Origin: a candidate division TA06 bacterium
GTDB taxonomy: Bacteria > Hydrothermota > 32-111 > QNBC01
Length of the DNA: 43,792 nt
NCBI GenBank assembly: GCA_003641665.1
Contig: QNBC01000001.1
Coordinates: forward strand, 1 to 43,792
Direction of reading: 5' to 3'
Position 1 is the stretch's first letter, and the number at the start of each line of letters is the position of its first letter. Below, piece by piece: positions 26,589-32,950 of the stretch. The notes under the pieces are model-generated. The model was not told where the DNA came from. It did not search any database and worked only from the letters and a program-made list of their open reading frames with translations. The translations under genes and the position numbers were made by a program.

Positions 26589-26722
26589 TATGCGGATAAT
26601 TTTGTTCTCCCTTTAGCTCTTCTGCGATTAATTACTCGTCTTCCGCTTGCAGTGCTCATCCTTTTTCTGAAACCGTGGTTTCTTTTTCTACGTCTATTGC
26701 TCGGTTGAAAAGTTCTTTTCAT
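26588..26722 (-). CDS. rpmH: 50S ribosomal protein L34
   Basis: Not in the supplied ORF track (44 aa). The reverse-strand translation is [44 protein letters not shown], the canonical L34 sequence. A GGAGG SD lies 7 nt upstream. The stop TAA shares one base with the rnpA ATG (TAATG). Confidence 0.9.
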   Translation of the reverse strand: MKRTFQPSNRRRKRNHGFRKRMSTASGRRVINRRRAKGRTKLSA

Positions 26723-26755
26723 TTTTTTACCTCCGTATCAATTAATATAGAGCAT

Positions 26756-26784
26756 ATATTACAGAAAATTTTATTGTATGTCAA
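26756..26784 (-). promoter_or_regulatory. Sigma-70-type promoter for the rpmH operon (TTGACA-N17-TAATAT)
   Basis: On the reverse strand, -35 TTGACA is at 26784-26779, followed by a 17-nt spacer and -10 TAATAT at 26761-26756. Confidence 0.55.
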
Positions 26785-26821
26785 GAGAGTAAAGTATTTA
26801 TCAGTGGTAAGAGCGGAATTA

Positions 26822-28123
26822 TTATCTTATACCGTAGATCAACCAGAGTAATATGTACGCAGTAAGAACGCTGAAAAAAGTAAAAGGAAGACCAATTTTA
26901 AAGAAATCGAAAAACCTTACCGTATAGTGTCTTTTTCTCAATAATCCCACCCCTACAATGTTTGCAGATGCACCTATAGGAGTTATATTACCACCTACGG
27001 AAGCTCCAATTACTATACCGAATAAGAAAAGAGAAGGGGGTATACCCAACATTGTTGCCAGTGTTATACCTACGGGCATCATTGCAGCCACATAGGGAAC
27101 ATTATCTATAAATGCGGAGACAATAACGGATCCCCAGACTAAAATGGTGAAGGTCACAAAAACATTCCCGTTTGCAACCTGTTTAAACCAGAGTGCAATG
27201 CTTGTAAGAATACCGTAATGTTCAAGTGCACCGGTAAAAACAAAAACACCTATAAGGAAGAAAACAGTGTCGTAATCGAGTTTTTTTGCTATTTTAAATC
27301 CCTCCTTCTTTTTTCTGTAAAATATCCAGAGGAAAGAGATCAATGCATAAATCATTGCAGTCGTTCCCGGAGAAACAATACCCAATGAAATCGTTATTAT
27401 AAATAAAACAAGAATTATACCGGGAAACACATCGACACCGATTTTTTTACTCTCGACTTTTATTTTCTTATTTAACCGTTTGAAAATGATATATAAAACA
27501 ACAAGAGAAACTACAGCAGCAGTCTCCATTATAAAAAACATAGAAGGTTTGCCGTTATATACAATAAAATCCATAAAGTTCATGTTATTAAAACTTGCCA
27601 GAATCATGCTAGGTGGATCTCCGATTAAAAGAGCCGCTCCCTGGAGATTGGAACTTATTGCGATGGAAATAATCAAAGGAACTGGAGAGACATCCATCTT
27701 CCTTGCTATTTCGAATGCTACTGGAGCTACAATAAGAACTGTTGCAACATTCTCGCAGAATATAGATATAAAACCCGCAAAAGCACTTAGGATTATAATT
27801 GCCGAAACAAGTGAATTTGAAAATTTCAGGAGTTGATTAGCTAACAATTCGGGAATTTCCGAAAGTATAAATGCTTCCGCAATAACCATAGTTCCGAGAA
27901 ACAGCCAGATTATATCCCAGTGGGTGTAATTTATTATATTTGCAGGGGAAACTATTCTTAGTAAAATCAATAAAAGCAGTGATATCCATATAATAATTCC
28001 TTTATAGATAAATATTCTTTGTAAATGAGGGAATTTACTAAATACGGCACTGATCTTTTCAGATGTTATAATAATAAGATAGGTTGCTAAAAAGGTTATA
28101 AGAAGAATAGTTTTCTCATCCAT
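26822..28123 (-). CDS. ArsB/NhaD-superfamily anion permease (YbiR/CitMHS-like)
   Basis: 433 aa, polytopic. The motif SSNLQGAALLIGDPPSMI resembles the conserved GxAxTxIGDPPN of this superfamily. Substrate unknown. Confidence 0.7.
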   Translation of the reverse strand: MDEKTILLITFLATYLIIITSEKISAVFSKFPHLQRIFIYKGIIIWISLLLLILLRIVSPANIINYTHWDIIWLFLGTMVIAEAFILSEIPELLANQLLKFSNSLVSAIIILSAFAGFISIFCENVATVLIVAPVAFEIARKMDVSPVPLIISIAISSNLQGAALLIGDPPSMILASFNNMNFMDFIVYNGKPSMFFIMETAAVVSLVVLYIIFKRLNKKIKVESKKIGVDVFPGIILVLFIITISLGIVSPGTTAMIYALISFLWIFYRKKKEGFKIAKKLDYDTVFFLIGVFVFTGALEHYGILTSIALWFKQVANGNVFVTFTILVWGSVIVSAFIDNVPYVAAMMPVGITLATMLGIPPSLFLFGIVIGASVGGNITPIGASANIVGVGLLRKRHYTVRFFDFFKIGLPFTFFSVLTAYILLWLIYGIR

Positions 28124-28130
28124 ATATGGG

Positions 28131-28159
28131 ATTCTAAAAGAATATTATAAAAAAATCAA
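28131..28159 (-). promoter_or_regulatory. Candidate promoter for the permease (TTGATT-N17-TAGAAT), -10 ends 7 nt before the ATG
   Basis: On the reverse strand, -35 TTGATT is at 28159-28154, followed by a 17-nt spacer and -10 TAGAAT at 28136-28131. Then comes cccatat and the ATG (28123), with no SD. Confidence 0.4.
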
Positions 28160-28164
28160 GTAAT

Positions 28165-28196
28165 AAAAAAGCGGAGAATAAAATCTCCGCTTTTTT
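28165..28196 (-). terminator. Rho-independent terminator (bidirectional-looking) after the lipoprotein gene
   Basis: The sequence is AAAAAA-GCGGAGA-ataaaa-TCTCCGC-TTTTTT. The 7-bp GC-rich stem is flanked by an A run and a T run, 20 nt downstream of the stop at 28216. Confidence 0.7.
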
Positions 28197-28215
28197 ATAT
28201 TCTAAGTTTATAATC

Positions 28216-29088
28216 TTACGGTGCTGTTTTAAACGCAGTCCATCTCATTGATGTGTTATTAACAGTTAAAGAAAGAACGTTAGGATCTGTAACAGGTTCA
28301 TTGGGGTATTGAGCTTGAATCCTTACGATATATACTTGATTAGGTTTAGTAATCAGTTCACTGGCTGTTAGATCCGCTCCTGTAAAATTCAAAGTGAAAA
28401 GTGTATCATTGTTTGTATCAACACTGTAAACAACGTCATCCGCTCCTGTTCCTACGGTATAAGGGAAAGAATCCGCATCGGCAAAACCGGTAATGCCTTG
28501 TCTCATCCAAATTGCCTTATACTGATTTGTCGTAGTATCAATGTAACCTATGTCAACGGAATATGTTTCCACATCACCGGAAGCGACAAACTGAATGGTA
28601 AGAGTATCAGGCATAATTGTATCTCCGGTTGTTGTGTCTGCGGGAAACGCAGTATCAACTGTGGGTACAGGTGATAATACATGTATTGTATCTCTCAGCT
28701 TTGCTTCAAGAGTATAAACAATCGCTGTATCACCGCTTGTGGGAAGAGTCAAACGATAAAAGTAGTTATCGCCGGGCATAACATTATCTACATCAGTATA
28801 AGAATTTATTCTTCCGTAGATATACGATGATTCCGGGGTAGCAGGGAAATTCGTTGAATCGGTTGATTTGAATATTGCGAGACCTTCTCCCTGTGTAGGT
28901 TCTTCAATTGCCCAACTGACATATACGGTGTCTGCCAAATACGGAGCAGCTGTCAAAGAAGTATCAATTTTTAAAACTACTGATTTCAAGGAGAATGTTG
29001 AATTTAAAGAAAAATCAATTGTTGTTTTGTTACAACCTACGAATGCTATTACTAGGCTCAGGAAAACAAGGATTAAAACCTTTTTCAT
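28216..29088 (-). CDS. Lipoprotein, T/D-rich, probably of Ig/FN3-like beta-sandwich domains; unknown function
   Basis: Signal peptide plus lipobox (AFVGC). GGGAGG SD. It has its own promoter and terminator. No family recognised. Confidence 0.6.
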   Translation of the reverse strand: MKKVLILVFLSLVIAFVGCNKTTIDFSLNSTFSLKSVVLKIDTSLTAAPYLADTVYVSWAIEEPTQGEGLAIFKSTDSTNFPATPESSYIYGRINSYTDVDNVMPGDNYFYRLTLPTSGDTAIVYTLEAKLRDTIHVLSPVPTVDTAFPADTTTGDTIMPDTLTIQFVASGDVETYSVDIGYIDTTTNQYKAIWMRQGITGFADADSFPYTVGTGADDVVYSVDTNNDTLFTLNFTGADLTASELITKPNQVYIVRIQAQYPNEPVTDPNVLSLTVNNTSMRWTAFKTAP

Positions 29089-29120
29089 ATTTTACCTCCC
29101 ATTTACATATACATACTAAA

Positions 29121-29149
29121 CTTATAGCACATAGCAAAATTAATGTCAA
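29121..29149 (-). promoter_or_regulatory. Sigma-70-type promoter for the lipoprotein gene (TTGACA-N17-TATAAG)
   Basis: On the reverse strand, -35 TTGACA is at 29149-29144, followed by a 17-nt spacer and -10 TATAAG at 29126-29121. Confidence 0.5.
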
Positions 29150-29227
29150 GATTAGATTGCTGTTTTATGGGAAGCCCCGCATTAATGTTCGAGGCTTCAT
29201 TTATTATTTTACGAATCTTTATCAATA

Positions 29228-30541
29228 TTACTTCTTTGTTGTTTTTTTGGTTGTAGTTTTAGTTTTTGTAGTTTTTGCCTTTGTTGTCTTTATTTCTTTT
29301 TTAGTTTTAGCAGTAGTCTTTTTAGCCTTGGTAGTCTTATTTGCCTTTGTTGTTTTTGCATCTTTTTTGGTTTTAGTTTTAGCAGTAGCCTTTTTAGCCT
29401 TGGTAGTTTTATTTGCCTTTGTTGTTTTTTTGGTTGCAGTTTTAGTTTTTGTAGTTTTCTTTTTCGGTTCTTCCACTGATAGTTTCTCTTCTTTTAACTC
29501 TTCCTCCTCTTCTTCTTCTTTTTCCTCGAGAAGGTTTCTTTCATCTTTTCTTTTAACAAGAATAGTGTATATAATTGTTTCACCTGCTGAAAAGATGGAA
29601 ATACCATAGCCCGCTACAATGAAGAAAAGAGTGTAAAAACACAACCCAATGAGAAACGCACCTATGATTTCAGCCCAATTGGCTCTTCCAAAATAGGCTC
29701 CATTACGTAAAAAATCAGGTAGATAAGCGAGTCCGTTATTAAATATTGTTTCCCACCAACCTCTTGGACCTTGCCACAAAGATAGTGCCCAATGTGTTAA
29801 TTTAATAGCTGCAGTCATAAAGTAATAAAATACCGATGTTCCTATTCCCACGAGGAAAGCAAGAAATATGTTGTAAGCCAGAAAATCCCATGTTCTGTCG
29901 TTTAAAACGCTGAATACTTCGAACAATGTGTCGAAGGTATCATTTTTTGTTACGGCGACTATTGTAGGAGTTGTTATAAGACTGATTCCCAGAACGATAA
30001 TGAGATACACTACAAGAAGCGCACCGAGAAAGAGGAATAATCCCATCAACCCAATAAACATCTGTCCGAAATATGGGATTCTACCCACTAGTCCCATAAA
30101 TATACCAATAAAAAGGAGAACTGCAATGAATACAATAAGGGTAAACGGCGTTAATACAAGAGTATTCAGGTTCTTAAAGGCAAATTTAAGACTCTCTTTC
30201 ATCTCATAAAATTCATTACCCCTCAGTGATTCGAATGTTATCTTTGATATTGCGGTGATGATTATAAAAATGGAAATGACAGCCCAAATGGCACCGATTA
30301 TCCACAATATCCATGAATACCACGCCAAATTGATTCCGATTGTAGGATATGGTATGTATCTAAAAGTTCTCCATATTTCCCTAAATCCGAATCCGGATGT
30401 TAGAAAGGCGAGATATGAAAAAACAGCATAACCAATCAATGCCATATAGAAACCTATTACGGATATAGCTATTTTTTTAGTACTAAAACCTAATCGCGGT
30501 GCTCGAAAAACATCTTTGAAATTAAACTCCAAATTAATCAT
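29228..30541 (-). CDS. Polytopic membrane protein with a C-terminal acidic block and a Lys/Thr-rich basic tail; unknown family
   Basis: 437 aa. About 330 aa carry multiple TM helices. Then comes NLLEEKEEEEEELKEEKLSVEE, then a 79-aa tail with 34 K, 29 T and 10 A (my count). AAGGAGG SD upstream. Confidence 0.7.
   Translation of the reverse strand: MINLEFNFKDVFRAPRLGFSTKKIAISVIGFYMALIGYAVFSYLAFLTSGFGFREIWRTFRYIPYPTIGINLAWYSWILWIIGAIWAVISIFIIITAISKITFESLRGNEFYEMKESLKFAFKNLNTLVLTPFTLIVFIAVLLFIGIFMGLVGRIPYFGQMFIGLMGLFLFLGALLVVYLIIVLGISLITTPTIVAVTKNDTFDTLFEVFSVLNDRTWDFLAYNIFLAFLVGIGTSVFYYFMTAAIKLTHWALSLWQGPRGWWETIFNNGLAYLPDFLRNGAYFGRANWAEIIGAFLIGLCFYTLFFIVAGYGISIFSAGETIIYTILVKRKDERNLLEEKEEEEEEELKEEKLSVEEPKKKTTKTKTATKKTTKANKTTKAKKATAKTKTKKDAKTTKANKTTKAKKTTAKTKKEIKTTKAKTTKTKTTTKKTTKK
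29299..29429. repeat. 72-nt (24-codon) in-frame tandem duplication inside the Lys/Thr tail
   Basis: The 59-nt cores at 29299-29357 and 29371-29429 differ at 2 positions and start 72 nt apart. They encode TTKANKTTKAKK(A/T)TAKTK twice. Confidence 0.7.
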
Positions 30542-30558
30542 TTAACACCTCCTTAAAT

Positions 30559-30690
30559 TCACATAGTAATAAATCTGGAAAGATATTTCAATAGAAACAA
30601 TACTGCTATAAATAATAACAAAAACCACCACCATGGTCTCATGAAAGGTGAGTTGTGCTTTTTAGGATAATACTTTCTTCCAAAATTCAT
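30559..30690 (-). CDS. Candidate 43-aa single-pass membrane microprotein
   Basis: Not in the ORF track. The reverse-strand translation is MNFGRKYYPKKHNSPFMRPWWWFLLLFIAVLFLLKYLSRFITM: a basic N-terminus followed by one TM helix. The stop lies 17 nt upstream of the downstream ATG, and the downstream SD sits in that gap. No homology evidence. Confidence 0.4.
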   Translation of the reverse strand: MNFGRKYYPKKHNSPFMRPWWWFLLLFIAVLFLLKYLSRFITM

Positions 30691-30698
30691 ATATTATC

Positions 30699-30727
30699 TT
30701 ATATCATTATTTATGATATGTTGTCAA
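30699..30727 (-). promoter_or_regulatory. Candidate promoter (TTGACA-N17/18-ATATAAG) 7-8 nt upstream of the microprotein ATG
   Basis: On the reverse strand, -35 TTGACA is at 30727-30722 and the -10-like aTATAAg is at 30704-30698. Then comes ataatat and the ATG (30690). Confidence 0.35.
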
Positions 30728-30797
30728 GAATATTATAGTTTTAAATCGAAATTTATATAAAATGGAATTACTATTGTTTATGTTCATAAACTGCCAC

Positions 30798-30827
30798 AAA
30801 AAAAGGGAGCGAAAGCTCCCCTTTTTT
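30798..30827 (-). terminator. Rho-independent terminator ending the long uppS...SBP-TonB run
   Basis: On the reverse strand, GGGAGC-tttc-GCTCCC is followed by T7, starting about 8 nt after the stop at 30829. Confidence 0.75.
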
Positions 30828-30828
30828 A

Positions 30829-32949
30829 TTATTCGGCTGTAAACCTGTATGGTATAGTTTGTTTCATTTCAATAGGTTTTCCATTGCGTGTTCCTGGATA
30901 CCATTTGGATTTCATTGCAGCGCTAATAGCAGCTTTATTACATGCATCATTGTTGAAGCCTCGTATAATTCTTGCATTTTTAACGTTCCCATTGACATCT
31001 ATTGTAACCTGAACGAAAATCATACCTTCTGCTCCGATTGCTTTTGCAGCTTCCGGATATTCGGGTTGAACCAGTTTTTTCAATCTTGGTTGAACAATAA
31101 TTACCTTTTCGGCTTCTTTGGCTTTAGTTGTATCTTTCTTTGCTATTTTGGCATTCTCAGATGTATCTTTTTTCTCGGTAGTAGTTTTCTTTGTAGTGGT
31201 CTTTTTTGCAGCTGCTTCAAGTATTTGTTCGGGGTTTGCTATTACCTCTTTTTTGGTCTTAGAGGCACTTGCGTTCTGCGAAGCGGTTACCTTGCTTTCA
31301 TTTATATTCTGTTGGGATTTCGTTTGTTGCTGAGGCATAATAGATGCTATATCAAATTTGACCCTCATTGATGACGGTATCCAAATGTACGCCAGGTTAC
31401 TCAAGGCATCTCTCTGCTTATTAAATATATCAAGTCCTTTAATCCTCTTGTTTGCAATTGTTATTTTGTTGCCGACAAATAGGAATGTGTAGGGTTGATC
31501 GGCAGAAATCTGTTCCTGAAAAAGATCCCAATAATGTTTAGCTTCACTTTCTATAAGCGTTTCCGTTGCTTTCCTTATATAATTATCAATATTGGGATTT
31601 TTATATCCGACAAGATTGTATTTACCGATTTGAGGATCGGAAGACCAGATAGGAAGCATATTCAACTTTTCGCTGACATTCCAAGCCATTATAAAAGCAT
31701 CGTAATTTTTCATAAGAAGCCTTGTTATAAAGGTGTTTCCGTCGACTACTTTTACGGTTACCTTTATACCCGCAGCAGCAAGTTGATTCTTTATCATATT
31801 GGCAAGGGTAATTCTAAAACTATTTTCTTTATTGACGAGAAGTTCGAATTGGAATTTTTTCCCGTTTTTCGTAAGCCATCTCGAATTTCTTCTCTTTTTC
31901 CATCCTTTTTGATTCAGTAAGGAAACAGCTTTTTGAACTGAGTAAGGTAACGGTTTTAAGTTTTTATCATACGCCCATGAAGATGGAGGTATGGGGCCTG
32001 CGGCAATATCTCCGAGTCCGTTCAAAAGAGAATCAATAATCATTTTTCTGTTGATCGACATAGTAAGTGCTCTTCGTGTTTCCTTTTCTGAAAATAAAGG
32101 TTTCTCAAGATTCCACCCAATAAAAGTGTAACTGTTTCCAAGCTCCTTTTTGGTAGATAATAGGGGATTATCCTTTACCGTGATGTAATATTTCGGGGGG
32201 AGTCCGATTGCAATATCATAAATTCCCTTTTTAAGCATTTCTACAGCCTGATCATAATCTTTGTAGAATACGAAAACGATATTTCTTGGATTTGGATTAT
32301 AGAGCTTAAATTCGCTATTCTGCGTTAATTCGATATAATTACCCTTTTGCCATTTGCTGAGTTTAAAAGGACCGTTTACCACAGGCTCAAAATTGTATTT
32401 AGAGTTTTTAACCTCGGCGGTATTTTTGAAAAGATGAGCCGGAAGAGGTCTTATGTTGGAATCGAACAACTCATCCGAATATACGATACTGAAATAGAAT
32501 CTAACGGTATAATCGTTTATCTTCTCCACATTCTTTATATATTGAATCTGCGACAAATTGGGATATGCATTTTTGGGATCTTTCATTGCATTAAATGTAA
32601 AAACAATGTCATCGGCAGTTATCGGTTTACCGTCCGACCATTTCAGATTCTTTTTGAGATAGTATGTTATGGACTTCATATCTTCTCCATATTCCCAACT
32701 CGAAGCTAAAACAGGTACTATATCACCGTCCGGCCCGATTTCATGCAAAGGTAAAAATAAATTGTTAACAATGTAATTCTCCCCGGAAAGTGGTGGATAC
32801 AACGGATTGAGTTTGGATGGTTCTTCCGGAACCCCAATTACAATTGTAGCACCTTTTTCTCCTGAAATTTCTATCTTTTTCTCTTTTACACATGATGACA
32901 AAATCAGTGCAAAAATAATAAAAACCAGGAATGTAATCCTTTTATGCAT
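30829..32949 (-). CDS. Lipoprotein: family-5 solute-binding protein (OppA/DppA-like) fused through a Q/K/T-rich spacer to a TonB C-terminal domain
   Basis: Lipobox LILSSC. The SBP_bac_5-like body runs from about aa 30 to 535 (SWEYGEDMKSITYYLKKNLKWSDGKPITADDIVFTF, FVGNKITIANKRIKG). A low-complexity spacer covers about 31105-31335. The last 91 aa (30832-31104) are QPEYPEAAKAIGAEGMIFVQVTIDVNGNV...WYPGTRNGKPIEMKQTIPYRF, matching the TonB_C consensus. GGAGG SD. Confidence 0.8.
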   Translation of the reverse strand: MHKRITFLVFIIFALILSSCVKEKKIEISGEKGATIVIGVPEEPSKLNPLYPPLSGENYIVNNLFLPLHEIGPDGDIVPVLASSWEYGEDMKSITYYLKKNLKWSDGKPITADDIVFTFNAMKDPKNAYPNLSQIQYIKNVEKINDYTVRFYFSIVYSDELFDSNIRPLPAHLFKNTAEVKNSKYNFEPVVNGPFKLSKWQKGNYIELTQNSEFKLYNPNPRNIVFVFYKDYDQAVEMLKKGIYDIAIGLPPKYYITVKDNPLLSTKKELGNSYTFIGWNLEKPLFSEKETRRALTMSINRKMIIDSLLNGLGDIAAGPIPPSSWAYDKNLKPLPYSVQKAVSLLNQKGWKKRRNSRWLTKNGKKFQFELLVNKENSFRITLANMIKNQLAAAGIKVTVKVVDGNTFITRLLMKNYDAFIMAWNVSEKLNMLPIWSSDPQIGKYNLVGYKNPNIDNYIRKATETLIESEAKHYWDLFQEQISADQPYTFLFVGNKITIANKRIKGLDIFNKQRDALSNLAYIWIPSSMRVKFDIASIMPQQQTKSQQNINESKVTASQNASASKTKKEVIANPEQILEAAAKKTTTKKTTTEKKDTSENAKIAKKDTTKAKEAEKVIIVQPRLKKLVQPEYPEAAKAIGAEGMIFVQVTIDVNGNVKNARIIRGFNNDACNKAAISAAMKSKWYPGTRNGKPIEMKQTIPYRFTAE

Positions 32950-32950
32950 A

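Noticed and set aside
26741-26775. A weak resemblance of agcatatattacagaaaat to Firmicute-type dif (XerCD) sites near the rpmH promoter.
   Set aside because: Only partial similarity by eye. The region is fully explained by the -10 and spacer of the rpmH promoter, and there is no inverted Xer-arm structure.
29171-29198. A hairpin, GAAGCC-N16-GGCTTC, downstream of the Lys/Thr-tail gene, as a possible intrinsic terminator.
   Set aside because: It has a large loop and no U-tract on the minus strand. It may still mark the unit boundary, since the next promoter follows, but I cannot call it a terminator with confidence.
29228-29470. Repetitive DNA that could at first glance be taken for a CRISPR-like or satellite array.
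   Set aside because: The repeats are in-frame (72 nt is 24 codons), lie within a continuous ORF with an SD, have no spacer structure, and simply encode the Lys/Thr-rich tail.
30298-30306. A perfect DnaA box, TTATCCACA.
   Set aside because: It is a single copy inside a coding region. One 9-mer hit in about 88 kb of two-strand sequence is close to chance expectation. There is no cluster, no AT-rich unwinding element and no dnaA nearby.
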